From the human T2T-CHM13v2.0 reference genome, Homo sapiens, in NCBI RefSeq assembly GCF_009914755.1, contig NC_060930.1: 64,000 bases of DNA. The stretch is one strand, 5' to 3'. Every line of letters begins with the position of its first letter. Positions within the stretch are counted from its first letter, which is position 1. Made by a program: the position numbers and the translations under genes. Shown here piece by piece: positions 46,435 to 64,000 of the stretch. Below the pieces are notes generated by a model. It was not told the origin of the DNA and did no database searches. It saw nothing but the letters and a program-made list of their open reading frames with translations.

Positions 46435-46592
46435 CGCGGCTACTCAGGCTATAGTCAGGACCCACAGTGTGGGCATCCCATGGAGCCTGATAGAAAGGGG
46501 GACTCTCAGGCCCACCCAGACCTACAGAATCAGAATCCGCATTTTGTCAAGATCCCCAGGAGATACCCATGCACGTGAATGTTTAAGAAACT
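46435..46592 (+). mobile_element. MER5A1-like element
   Basis: CCCAGACCTACAGAATCAGAATCCGCATTTTGTCAAGATCCCCAGG. Confidence 0.8.
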
Positions 46593-46593
46593 T

Positions 46594-46900
<307 letters not shown>

Positions 46901-47153
46901 GTTTGAGAAACTTTAAGACCCTTTGCAATAAATTCACCTCACATCTACGACAGTGTATTTGACAAGGAGCTTCATATCCAATGAAAATATTGGAAGCTGC
47001 GGTAATAGCTGTCAAAAGCCGAGTGGCTTTTCCCAGTACAGTTTCCTTAAGTAAGATGTCTTTCCTACATTTTTATACTGTGCACAGTCCTAAGTATTCT
47101 AACCGCTTTGCACTAATTTGGGGATACATTATATCAGAAGTTTGCTCTATTGG

Positions 47154-47303
47154 GGCTGCATGCAGTGGCTCATACCTGTAATCCCAGCACTTTGGGAGGC
47201 CAAGGCAGGAGGATCACTTGAGGTCGGAGTTCAAGACCAGCCTGGGCAACATAGTGAAACGCTGTCTCTCAAAACAAAAAAAACTTAAATCTGAAAAAAA
47301 AAA
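47154..47303 (+). mobile_element. FLAM_C-type Alu monomer
   Basis: Left monomer plus A tail. Confidence 0.9.
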
Positions 47304-48206
47304 GAAGTCTGCTGTTTTCCTCTTAAATTATGGGATTTGACATTTAGCCCTTTTCTTTATGAACATATATGCCTTGAATCTCTTCCTATATAGTACACAT
47401 GTACACCTACTGACATATGTATAATCAGTAGGTTTGCTTTTGTCATTTGTCATTGTATGCCCCCATTTTGCAGGTGTTGACAGGGTCCACCTGAGAATCA
47501 TAATCATAAATCATAAATGACCCATTCTGGCTGCTTTGCTGGACAGATTCTCTATTGTGGCCCTTTCTAATTCTCCACCACTATAAATAGAGGTATTATG
47601 AATATTATTGTGCAAAGTTACTAATTTTCCCCTTTTCAAAAGGTTATTTCCTGGTGGAATATCCCCAAAGAGATAAAGCACAGTTCCTGACTTGAGGAAT
47701 CTTTCGTGGGCATGTGGAAGTTGGCACCCTGCAGGGCCACACACTTGGGCAGGTGCTGGACACACCCTCTGCCCCTCCGGGCACACTCTCTATCCTGCTC
47801 CAGCCCCAGGCCCTGCCTGGCCTTTAAGAACTCTATCAAAGGGCTCATTTTCCTTCTGGCTCCCCTTAGGGCTGACTAGAAGGAGGCTCTAGGAGGAGAA
47901 GGGAGAATAGGTGGAGAGAAGGAGGAGTCCCTCCCTACCAGGCTGCAGATTGGCACAGGATCTGCTCCTTACCAATGCTTCCATCAGGAGGCTTCCCTGC
48001 ACTTGAGGGACTCTTTCTTCTTGCCCCTTCAGGCTTCGGCTGGCCACGGTTTCCCCAGTGCTAGCCAGCTGGTTTTCCATAAACCTGCCCCCATCTTTGT
48101 AAAGAGATTCTGAGGTTCTCCTGAATGGTTTTAGACCATACCTTCTTCTTGCCACCTGGAGCCTGCATGGGGCAACAGCATGCCTTGGGACTATGAAGAG
48201 AGACTC

Positions 48207-48343
48207 TATTATTATTATTTATTTCAAGAGATGGGGTCTCACTGTGTTGCCCAGGCTGGTCTCAAATTCCTGACCTCAAGTGATCCTCCAGCCTCAGCCT
48301 CCAGAGTAACTAGGATTACTGGCATGAGCTACCAGGCCTGGCT
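48207..48343 (-). mobile_element. FLAM-type Alu monomer
   Basis: Reverse monomer with (ATT)n tail. Confidence 0.88.
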
Positions 48344-48620
48344 AAGGAACTCTGACCAACAGGGATGGAGCTGTGGCAGTCTTGCCAGGAGAAATATCTG
48401 CTAAGCTGGAAGCTCAAAGGCAGGACAAGTTAGCCTGCCTGGGGATAGGGTAGGCAGAAATGTTGGGATCAAAACTGGGAGGGTGAGAAGGAGAGCCTGC
48501 TAGAGGCTCAGCATGGAAAGACACATGGCTGGAGAGAAACTAGAGTGGTCATCTCAGATGCTACCGCAAACACAGGCACGTGCACAGGGGAATTTCACGG
48601 AGCTACTAAAAATTATGTTC

Positions 48621-49254
<634 letters not shown>

Positions 49255-49527
49255 CACCAGACTTTTTTTAATGGCTGAAAACAAAGTTTTCAAACAAAAA
49301 TGATGAGAGAGCTTGCCCTCCGTATACTAAAACTATGAAAGCCATTGTAAACTCTATAGAATTGGCACAGAAACAGACAAATAGATTAATAAAAAATAGA
49401 GAGCCTAGAAGTAGATTCAACAATCTATGGAAACTTAACTATATCATAAAGGAAGCACATCAACCCAAGGGGGGACAAAAACATTTATTTCATACATAAC
49501 GTTGGCATGACTCGAAAGCAACTGAAA

Positions 49528-49844
<317 letters not shown>

Positions 49845-50182
49845 TTAGATGCCTCCTTCTCCATACCATACTAAAAAATAAAGTCCAAGAGAGATGAAGA
49901 GTTTTAATGTCAAAAATAATCAATACAAGCTTTAGAAGGAAATACAGGGGGAAAATGTTTTCTTGAAATAGAAAGAGTCTTAAAACCAAAATCTTAGAAG
50001 CCAAAGAAAAAGATTGAGAGATTTCACTGCAAGAAAATTTTGCCATAGTGTCATGGTGTCTGCATGACAAAAAACACCCAAAAAATCAATAGATAAACAA
50101 GAGGCTAGAAGAAAATACTTAACACTATGATAACTTCTAGGTTAATATTAAGATCTCTAATTTTATTTACTTTTAAAAAAAA

Positions 50183-50470
50183 TATGGAGTCTCCTGTTGC
50201 CCGGGCTGGAGTGCAGTGGCTATAAACAGGTGTGATCCCACTACTGATCAGCACAGGAGTTCTGACCCGCTTCATTTCCACCTGGGCCAGTTTACCCCTA
50301 CTTAGGCAACCTGGTGATCCTCCACTCCCGGGAGGTCACCTTATTGATACTGAATTTAGTGTACACACCTGATCAGCATAGCACACTACAGCCCAGAACT
50401 CCTGGCCTCAATCAATCCTCCTGCCTCAGCCTTGTAGCTGGAACTACAAGCATGCACCACTACACCAAGC
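50183..50470 (-). pseudogene. RN7SL: 7SL (SRP RNA) processed pseudogene, near full length
   Basis: Alu-like ends enclosing the S domain that Alus lack: GATCCCACTACTGATCAGCAC ... CTTAGGCAACCTGGTG ... CTCCCGGGAGGTCACC ... CACTACAGCCCAGAACTCC; many substitutions. Confidence 0.95.
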
Positions 50471-50641
50471 TTAGTATGTTTTAATCCTATAAATCAATAG
50501 AGAAACAACCCAAAGACATAGGAATCATAATATATAGGCAGGCAATTCACACAAGAAGAAATGCAAATGACCAAGAAGTAAATGAAAAAAAGGCTCAATC
50601 TCTCTAGTGACAAGGGAATTATAAATTAAAGCAATAATGAG

Positions 50642-51265
<624 letters not shown>

Positions 51266-51482
51266 TTATCCGCATCTAGTCTTTGTGAGAACGTAGAGAA
51301 ATGTGCATGCTCACACACTGCTGGTGGCAGTGTGAATTGCTCGAATTGCTCTATTGTTTGGAAATTAAACTGTCAATATGTGTTAAAATTAAAATTGGGC
51401 ATACCCAGCAATCCTACTTCAAGATATGTATTCCACAGAAGTAAAAGCTTCAGTACTTATGGCCGGGTATCCATAATTCCAG

Positions 51483-52739
51483 TGAGAGATGACACCATGC
51501 TGGCAGCTCTTGCAGCACTCGCTCGCTCTCTGCGCCTCCTCGGCCTTGGCGCCCACTCTGGCCGCGCTTAAGGAGCCCCTCAGCCCGCCGCTGCACTGTG
51601 AGAGCCCCTTTCTGGGCTGGCCAAGGCCAGAGCCGGCTCCCTCAGCTTGCAGGAAGGTGTGGAGGGGAGAGGCGCGGGCAGGAACCGGGGCTGCGCGCGG
51701 TGCTTGCAGGCCAGCACGAGTTCCTGGTGGGTGTGGGCTCTGCGGGCCCCGCACTCGGAGCGGCCGGCCGACCCGGCCGGCCCCCGGCAATGAGAGGCTT
51801 AGTACCCGGGGCAGCGGCTGCAGAGGGTGTGTTGGGTCCCCCAACAATACCGGCCCACCGGCGCTGCGCTCGATTTCTCGCCAGGCCTTAGCTGCCTCCC
51901 TGCAGGGCAGGGTTAAGGACCTGCAGTCCATGCCTGAGCCACCCCCTTCCCCCGTGGGCTCCTGTGCAGCCCGAGCCTCCCCGTCGAGCGCCGGCCTCTG
52001 CTCCACGGCGCCCAGTCCCATCCGCCACCCAACGACTAAGGAGTGCGGGCCCACAGCTCGGGACTAGCTGGTAGCTCCACCTGCGGCCCCAGTACAGAAT
52101 CCACTGGGTGAAGCTAGCTAGGCTCCTGACTCTGGTGGGGGACTTAGGAGAACCTTTATGTCTAGCTAAGGGATTGTAAAATACCAATCGGCACTCTGTA
52201 TCTAGCTCAAGGTTTGTAAGCACACCAATCAACACCCTGTGTCTAGCTCAGGGTTTGTGAATGCACCAATGGACACTCTGTATCTAGCTACTCTGGTGGG
52301 GACTTGGAGAACCTTTGTGTCTAGCTCAGGGATTGTAAACGCACCAATCAGCACCCTGTCAAAACAGACCACTCGGCTCTCTGTATAATGGACCAATCAG
52401 CAGGATATGGGTGGGGCCAGATAAGAGCATAAAAGCAGGCTGCCCCAGCCAGCAGTGGCAACTCGCTCAGATCTCCTTCTTACGCTGATGGATGTTTGTT
52501 CTTTAAAATTTTGCAGCTGGTTATTCTGGGTCCACACTTCCCTTAAGAGTTGCGATACTTACCGTGAACGGTCCCTAACTTCGTTCTTGAGCTAGTAACA
52601 TCACGAACTCTGCTAGAAAGAAGAAACTAAATACATCCGAACATCAGATGCAACAAACTCCAGACAACAGTCACCAGGGGAGTCCGTGGCTTCATTCCTG
52701 AAGTTAGTGAGACCAAGAGCCTACCTGGTCCTACACACA
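51483..52739 (+). mobile_element. Solo LTR12 (ERV9 LTR, LTR12C/D/E group)
   Basis: TGAGAG start, CpG-rich U3, 41-bp CCAAT repeats, GATAAGAGCATAAAAG promoter, U5 ACATCCGAACATCAG ... AGTGAGACCAAG. Confidence 0.95.
52180..52460 (+). promoter_or_regulatory. LTR12 promoter: five CCAAT (NF-Y) boxes, GT box, GATA, TATA-like box
   Basis: CCAAT at 52184, 52225, 52266, 52344, 52393; GGGTGGGG; AGATAAG 52419; CATAAAAG 52428. Confidence 0.75.
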
Positions 52740-52803
52740 CTGTGGCTCCACTTTTTAATATATAACTGTCTGGTGTATATATGACTTGTCCTTAGGAGAA
52801 CAA

Positions 52804-53097
52804 GGCAATCTCGGTGGCTCAACGCCTGTAATCCCAGTATTTTGGGAGGCTGAAGGCGGGTGGATCACCTGAGGTCAGGAGTCAGACCAGCCTGGCCATC
52901 ATGGTAAAACCCTATCTCTACTAAAAATACAACAAAAATCAGTCAGGTGTGGTGTGTGCCTGTAGTCCTAGCTACTTGGCAGGCTGAGGGAGGCTGGTGG
53001 CTTGAGCTCGGGATGCGGAGGTTGCAGTGAGCTGAGATTGCGTGACTACTCCAGCCTGGGCGACGGAGGAAGACACATACACAGAAAGGAAAACAAA
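52804..53097 (+). mobile_element. Alu (AluSx-like), unusually degraded
   Basis: GGATCACCTGAGGTCAGGAG Sx-type left arm but many indels and substitutions. Confidence 0.9.
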
Positions 53098-53188
53098 GGA
53101 TCATTAGCAATGCCATGATGGAGCCTGGAGGGGGTGGGTAGAAACCTGAAGGAAGGAATACTTTCTGAGAGAGAAAGAGACTGCATTG

Positions 53189-53446
53189 CACCCAGGCTGG
53201 AATGCAGTGGTGTGATCATAGCTCACTGCAGCCTCAAACTCCTGCCGTCAGGTGATCCTCTTGCTTCAGCCTAAGTAGCTGGGACTACAGGTATTCCCCA
53301 CCACGCTTCTCTAATTTTCTTATTTTTTGTAGAGGTGGCGTCTTGCTATGCTGCCCAGTCTGAACTTGAACTCCTGGCCTCAAGTGATCCCATACCTTGG
53401 CCTCCCAAAGTGCTGGGATTAGAGGGGTGAGGGACCTTACCCAGCC
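53189..53446 (-). mobile_element. Alu (AluJ-type) lacking its tail
   Basis: Reverse dimer starting at CACCCAGGCTGG. Confidence 0.9.
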
Positions 53447-54450
53447 TTAAGTGTTTTCTTGATGCTGCTCTGTATTGTTTAATTGTTTTGATCAATATGT
53501 GGTACTTTTCTGATTATTTTAAAATACCATAAAAAGCTGAGACAATTGTGTACCAGTTATAAAGAGGACTGCACATTTTTTATACTCGTTATCCAAAGCA
53601 GCAGCGCACAGGCAGAGTGAAAAATCCAGCCACAGCTGTGTGATTTAGAGGACAGTCCAACGCTCCAGGTCCCTCTTGCTGTCAGACAGCACCAGGTCAC
53701 CAGACCTAAATGCCCCAACAATGCCTGAGTCTGCAGTGCTGAGAGGGTACCCGTGTCCAGCTTGGGAGGCCCACCTTTTCACTCCAAGGTCACACTGCAG
53801 GTCCCCAGGCCTTTGGCCCCAGATGTACCTGTCCCTTAACTTTCCCTTAAAATCAAATCTTAGGTTCTTACAAACCACCCCAATAAACTCAAAACTCGTG
53901 TTATGAAATTCCTTTACTAGTAAATATGCTGTCACTTGGAGACATTTTGCTTACTCCAGGCTGTACATTGGTTAAAGGCCTTCCACTCATCCTTGCCGTC
54001 TCTTCTTGAGGAATCACCTGCTGCAGACTTGGCTAATCATAAACCAAGGGGAAAAAAGTCAGAATTCACAACAGTGTTCACTTTAAAAGTTTAAAAAAAA
54101 AATGTGAGAGGAGAGGTGGGTATTACAATTTACCTCATCCGCGTGATTATTCACTTGTTGAATTGAAATTGAAGGGAAATTTGCGACTTGCACAAAGACA
54201 GGAACCTCTGCTGGAGACTTCCATCTGGGGAGCAGATTTATAAGCCTTTGGAGATGCGGAATAACTTTCCTGTAATGAAGCGCAAGCAAGACCACCCCCT
54301 CCAAATGGCGTGTAGGGCCCAGGGAAAGCTAAAATGCACAAAGACACCCAGACGGGAGGGTTTGAGAGGCGTCAGGGTTGAAACCTGAATAAAGCCAACC
54401 TTTTAAAAGTGAGTTCGTAGAAATGAGCTGTTCTGTACGTGCTGTTGTTT

Positions 54451-54484
<34 letters not shown>

Positions 54485-54989
54485 TGACTTCTCAACCAGG
54501 CGGCTGCTTAGGGCTTTGAAAGCTCAATTTGAAATACAGGGAAGGAAGTGACAGAGCGTGATGCAGCCAGGCAGGTGCCTGTCTCAAGTGGAACATGGGC
54601 AGACCGTTGCAGAAGAGCGGGAGGGCTGGCAGGAGCCCCAGTGTCGTGCCGGAGCGGCTGGCTGCGCTCTCCACAGCCTCCCCTACAAACCACATGTTGG
54701 CCAGTAAACAGAAAGACCAACCGCTTGACGTGTCCTGAAATGGAATTACCAGTGGGCGATATAATAGCAAGATTCAAAGCAGGAAGCAAATAGCTTTTTC
54801 TACAAGTTTATTGTCAGAAACATTTTTCCACTCATTTTTTTTTTTTTTGCTTTGCTTTTGCAATACAGTAATGAAGGAGGACCCCAAAATGCTATTCTGG
54901 GGAACTGGAAAGAGTATTAATTCTCAGTGCTAAAGATGACACAGACCACAAAAATAAAAACAAAATACAAAAATAAATAAACAAGATTG

Positions 54990-55370
54990 AAAGGAGGGAC
55001 TGGAATAGATATTTGTACCTCCATGATCACAGCAGCATTATTCACAACGTGGATGAACATTGAAGACATTATGCTCAGTGAAACAAAAGGGCAAATACTA
55101 CATGATTCCACTTGTATGAGGTCCCTAGGAGTAAACTCACAGAGACAGGAAGTAGAATGGGGGCTGCCAGGGGCTGGGGGAGGGAGAATGGGGAGTTGGT
55201 GTTTAATGGGTACAGAGTTTCAGTTTGGGAACATGAAAAAGTTCTAGAGATAGATGGTGGTGATGGCTGCACAACATGGTGAATGTACTTAGTGCCACTG
55301 AGCTGTACACTCAGAAATGGTTAAGATGGTAAAATGCATGTTACATATGTTTTACCACAATAAAAAAATA
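54990..55370 (+). mobile_element. Old L1 3' end (L1MB-like)
   Basis: GGATGAACATTGAAGACATTATGCTCAGTGAAA ... AGTTCTAGAGATAGATGGTGGTGATGG ... TTTTACCACAATAAAA. Confidence 0.88.
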
Positions 55371-55374
55371 ATCA

Positions 55375-55496
55375 GGCCACACACAGTAGTCATGCTTGTA
55401 ATCCCAGCACTTTAGGAGGCCAAGATGGGAGGATCACTTGAGCCCAGGAGTTCAAGACCAGCCTGGGCAACATTGGGAGACCTCGTCTCTACTTTT
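55375..55496 (+). mobile_element. FLAM_C-type monomer whose tail resumes at about 57823 after the L1 insertion
   Basis: Left monomer; AAAAATAATCAGG before and AAAAATAAGCAGG near 57847 act as its TSD. Confidence 0.85.
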
Positions 55497-55557
55497 TTTT
55501 TTTTTTTCACATTTTACAACTAAATCTTTATTAAATAATTATTTCACAAGTTAGTAA

Positions 55558-55865
<308 letters not shown>

Positions 55866-55917
55866 TTTATTGATATTCTTCTTCAGGTACTAGACTTCCT
55901 ATGCATCCTAAACTGAC

Positions 55918-57804
<1,887 letters not shown>

Positions 57805-58543
57805 GACCTCGTCTTTACTTTTAAAAAATAATAATTAATTAATTTTAAAAATAAGCAGGGAAGAATACTCTTAACATGAATTCTATGTGAGCATCTATTC
57901 CACATTAAGTACACACAAGCAAGCCAAGCCATGCATTGAGAAAACAGGACTAGTAATCTGATTCAGATTTGGCTCACACGCTGCCAAACATCTCAACGAA
58001 AACAAAAGCTACACTCAATTATGTAAATATTTCCCTCCCAAAGTTGAGAATCCTGAAGACAGAATACATGCTCCAAATAACTGATTTGCTTCTGTGCTAA
58101 TTTCCAGGCTTTCATCATTTTTGCCTGTTTGCAAATAATGAAAATGTGTTAAGGGTAGCAGGCACACTCTGTGTTAAATATAACCGTGACCCCAGGCACC
58201 TTCGGAAGATGCTGAGCTCCTTGGAGCTCCTTGGAGCCCTCCCCCTTCAGTCTGAGAGAATGGACCACATGCAGACCAGGCTTTCCTCAGGGGAGGGAGA
58301 AAAATGCAAGAGACTGAGAAGGTAGGCTCCGTGGGTGATTCCATAGGTCAACAGTCAAGTTAAAAATGAATCTAGTTCTCTTTAAGTTCCAGTGCACAAA
58401 ACAGCATACAGCAGTGTGTTGTAGTGGGAAAACCTAGACAGAAGTGAGTTGTAATCTTAACTCCACCATGTAATTAATTATATGATCTTGGGTAAGGGCA
58501 GGTTTCTGAACCTTGTAGTCTCAGACTTCAAATGGGGAAAATA

Positions 58544-59363
<820 letters not shown>

Positions 59364-59416
59364 AGGTCAACTGTAATTATAAAAGTATGATAGATTCTTT
59401 TATAATATATATACAG

Positions 59417-59418
<2 letters not shown>

Positions 59419-59450
<32 letters not shown>
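59419..59450. repeat. (AT)n microsatellite
   Basis: About 16 perfect units. Confidence 0.95.
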
Positions 59451-59454
<4 letters not shown>

Positions 59455-60378
59455 CTAGAATTATAATTTCATAGGGCAGAATTCTCAATATGGGGGACTA
59501 GGGAAGGTAGACTACACTTCCCGCCACCCCACCTCTTCACAGAAGTCCTGCTGGGGGTGGAGGGGCAGATTGCAATTGACATGACCTCTGTATTTTTAAC
59601 CCCCCACCCCAAGTCATTATAATATACGACAGAGGATCATTATCATGGTAACTTTGGGAGGATCTAATGTGGAAAGATGTTGAATGCATCTGGCAGAGCA
59701 CCTAATAAGCAATCAATATTATTCACATTAGCTTCCTTCAGGCCTCTAAACAAAGTACCTCTGAGTGAGGTCTCTTCTGATCAGGGTCTATCATTCTTTT
59801 TGTATGTCTTCAAATCTCTCCCTTCCAAGCTCTTTGGCCTTTGTCATGCATATATTTGCTCCCAAGTTGTATTTCTTAAGCATCTTGTATGATGAGTTGG
59901 GTGGGCCATGGCGGCCTCCTGTTAGCTGTTGAAATCGTGGAAACTAGACAAGGAGCAGATTTACTTCTCAAGGACCAAGCGTGCGGGCATGGCCCATCCC
60001 CTAGCCACCCTTAGCCGAGCAGCCTTATCTGCTGAGGGTTTCTCTGGCCACAGGTCTCAGGGCATTCTTCCATGTGGAATGAGGACCGCCCTGGGAGCTT
60101 GTCTACTCACTCTTTTGTAGCTGTAACTGATATTTCCATCGTATTTTGGGGTGGCTTGGAAATAAACCAAACTGAAAGTAACTTGGACAGAGCCCGAGAG
60201 GTCATTCTTGCCTACCTTTGAATCCAGAATTGAGCTTAGACCCCAAGGGGAGTACACACATGAAAAATCTGGGGAGGCAACTTAGCATAATGGTAACAAG
60301 CATAAACACAAATATTAGCAGGACATGGGTTTAAATATTGGCTGCATACTTTGAGAGGCCACGGCAGAAGTGCAGTGA

Positions 60379-60660
<282 letters not shown>

Positions 60661-60704
60661 TAAACCTCTGGGTCAAGGTTTCCTCATCTATAAAATAAAA
60701 ATAA

Positions 60705-61072
<368 letters not shown>

Positions 61073-61680
61073 TTAGCATATAGTAATTGCTCAATAAATA
61101 ATAATGAGTGCTAACAGAGGAGTAAGACTCAGGCTTTGTGCTTACAGCAATAATGCTAACATTTATTGGGCATTTGTTATGTGAAAGGTACTTGTGTTAA
61201 AGCTCTATTTCTATATATACACACTACCTCAAGGCTTACAAAAATTGTTTGAGGTGTTGTCTTCTTTTTGAAGATGAAAAAAACCCAAAGCTTAGAGAGG
61301 TCAAGTAGCCTGCATAAGGCTGCAGACAGAGTAGTGAACAGACCAGCTGGTCTGTAACACTGGAAACCACTATTCCATATCCACTGAGGCAAGGTGTTTA
61401 ATCCTTACTACCAAATGAGTATATAATGGTAATGCCCACTTGACCTCCCTCGCCAAGGATCAAATATGATGGATAAGGAAGGCTCAGTCTCTCTAAAGAA
61501 GTGTACACATGCAAGACGAAGCCATTATTAAGAGAGGTGAACTCTGCTTAAACAACCCACAGTCTAGTAGGGGAAGACAGACAAGTGCACAAATAACTAT
61601 AACCCAGTGTAGGAGATGATCCACCATAACAGCAGTACCCACGGAGTTTAAAAGAATACACTTGCTTTTATTTTAGTTAG

Positions 61681-61973
<293 letters not shown>

Positions 61974-62039
61974 TGGTATGAGAGGCTTTATGAGAAACAG
62001 CCATAATGTTCACATATAGTTTATTTCCTTTGTATTTGT

Positions 62040-62429
62040 TTTGAATTTTTTACAACTGTATCAATAGTTAACAAATAAATGCATACATTCAACGTATACA
62101 ATGTGATGCTATGCTGTATGTATTGATTGCAAAATGATTACACAATCAAGCTAATTAACACATTTATTATCTCACAGTTATTTTGTAGTGAGAACTCTTA
62201 AGATCTACTGTCTTGGCAAATTTCAAGTAGACAATACAGCATTACTGACTATAGTCATCATGCTGTACATTAGATCTCCAAGACTTATTCATCTTATAAC
62301 TGAAAGTTTGTATTCTTTGACCAACATCTCCCCATTTCCCACTTCCCAGCCTCTGGTAACCACCCTTCTACTCTGCGTCTGTGAGTTTGACTTTTTTAGA
62401 TTCTACATACAAGTGAGATCATGCAGTAT
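62040..62429 (-). mobile_element. L1MA-type 3' end
   Basis: CACAATCAAGCTAATTAACAC ... TGCTGTACATTAGATCTCC ... GTGAGATCATGCAGTAT. Confidence 0.9.
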
Positions 62430-63220
62430 GAAACCACCAGAAGACCCTGAATAGCCAAAACAATCCTGAACAAAGCTGGAGACATCATACTTTTTTATTT
62501 CAAACTATATTACAAAACTATAGTAATCAAAACAGTATGGTAGTGGCATAAAAACAGACATGACACATAGACCAATGAAACAGAGTAGAGAGCCCAGAAA
62601 TAAACCCAAGCATATGCAGTCAACATCCACAATGGGGAAAAAATTTTCTCTTAATCGATGGTTCTGGGAAAACAGGATATCCATAAGCAAATGAATGAAC
62701 TTGGACCCTTATAATGAAACTGACCCAATAGTCCCATAGACAGTTCTTTTTGATAAACATAGAAATTGACCCTTCTGGCCTTAAAGCTTGAAATTCATAT
62801 TTGAAATTTTAAAACATATAAACATTTATTTTTTTTTAATCTCAGTTCCTTCTTCAGGAAACTACCTTCAGCCCTCTCAAGAAAAAAGTAAGAAAGGACT
62901 GAAACTCACCAGATCACAGAATCCAGACAATGAGATGCTGGACTTCTCCTTCATCAGGATTGCTTCCTTGCTTCTTCTTAGTTCCTGTTTTCTTACACAT
63001 TGTTACATTTCTTCCCTGCTATATAAAACCCCTAATTTTAGTCAGTCAGGGAGATGGATTTCAGGCTGAGCTCCCATCTTGTCGGCTTCAGCACCTGATT
63101 AAAGCCTTCTTCCTTGGCAGTACTCATCAGCTCAGTCCTTGACTTTCTGTGCTGCAGGCAGCAGGACCTAGACCAAACCCCTGATGTTTCAGTAACAATA
63201 CCATAAACACAAATTAACTA
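62430..63220 (+). mobile_element. L1 ORF2 fragment in opposite orientation, split by an LTR
   Basis: GAATAGCCAAAACAATCCTG ... GTAATCAAAACAGTATGGTAGTGGCATAAAAACAGAC ... CTTGGACCCTTA, resuming TACCATAAACACAAATTAAC. Confidence 0.85.
62715..63197 (+). mobile_element. ERV1 solo LTR (MER39-like)
   Basis: TGAAACTGACCCAATAGTCCCATAGACAG start, CTATATAAAA box, ATTAAA signal, GTAACA end; flanks ATAA/ATAC. Confidence 0.85.
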
Positions 63221-64000
63221 CATTTTATTCAGACAATTGTACATCTTGAATAAGTTGCCATTTACCCAAGAAACAGCCGGGAACTCAACCGAATTCTCTT
63301 TTTCAAGGCCCCTTCTGCTCCTGACAGGAGGGGACGGGGGCAGCCTTTGGAACAGCAGGCAGGGCACAGACAGGACCCAGGACATACCATACCATACCAT
63401 ACACGGTCAGAACAAGGAGGGTCCTCAAAGACCAAGTGCTCCAACCCCAAACCTCACCCCATCAGCAGGAGAACTGGTCAGTGATTCCTCAGCCTCTTCT
63501 GGAATATTCTCAGGGGATTTGCCAGCTGTTGCCCACCTTCTCCCTCCATGAAGCTGCAGTCCCTACCCTGCAGCTTCTGACCATTTAACCTCTGATGGAA
63601 ATCTCCTTAAGGGTGGCCTTAGGAGAGTGTTCACGGATTAGGTTCTTGTACTAGCATTCAGGAATGTACAACTAAGAATGGAATTCTGTTCCTTTGATAA
63701 TGGGTCCTAACAGTATGTATTATGTGCAAATGCCCCTTTCTGTGTAGCCATGGTGATTTCCTGGTTTGCTGCACGTGGGTCTGTCTGCATTTGCGTCGGT
63801 CAGCCTGTCATTGTCCCTAGCCCTCCCACACTCTCAACTGGGTCCGTGGACCCTTCCCTGCCTACCCTTAGAATCCAGGATCAGAGGAAACCGGACCAGC
63901 TGCAAGCAAGAGGGGTTTATGGACTATCAGTTCACCCCTCTAACACTTGGCACCCTCTCTGTCATAGCTCATCCAATTCTATTACTTCACCTGGCTGTGG

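Noticed and set aside
47405-47433. 9-bp inverted repeat ACCTACTGA/TCAGTAGGT
   Set aside because: Within chance expectation for 64 kb
51419-52235. Overlapping 100-211 aa ORFs
   Set aside because: They lie in the GC-rich LTR12 U3, where stop codons are scarce
52170-52400. Regularly spaced 41-bp repeats, superficially CRISPR-like
   Set aside because: These are the known LTR12 U3 tandem CCAAT repeats, with no unique spacers, in primate DNA
58214-58237. 10-bp tandem GAGCTCCTTG, and (CATAC)4 near 63383
   Set aside because: Trivial slippage products

Overview
Primate, almost certainly human, genomic DNA that is non-coding as far as I can see (intergenic or deep intronic). I found no convincing protein-coding exon and cannot name the locus. 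The long ORFs in the track are Alu read-throughs, a stop-free (CA/TG) tract, a GC-rich LTR12, or broken L1 ORF2. The window is dense in repeats: more than 35 Alu/FLAM/FRAM copies, L1 fragments of several ages, MIR/L2, MaLR and ERV solo LTRs, DNA transposons (MER5, MER20, MER58, MER94, Zaphod/MER115-like, Tigger2a-like) and a full-length 7SL retrocopy. Best observations: (1) an L1PA insertion at 55479-57822 whose 18-bp TSD also encloses about 410 bp of non-L1 sequence with its own AATAAA and poly(A), i.e. a 3' transduction that contains an AluY; (2) a solo LTR12 with an intact CpG-rich U3/CCAAT promoter, but an abruptly more diverged R/U5 (many C>T changes, poly(A) signal lost) just past the predicted TSS; (3) an AluY re-using the exact insertion site of an older Alu, giving three TSD copies; (4) a cluster of AP-1 sites at 25.7-37.5 kb. 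Family and subfamily calls come from recalled consensus sequences, and boundaries of old repeats are approximate.
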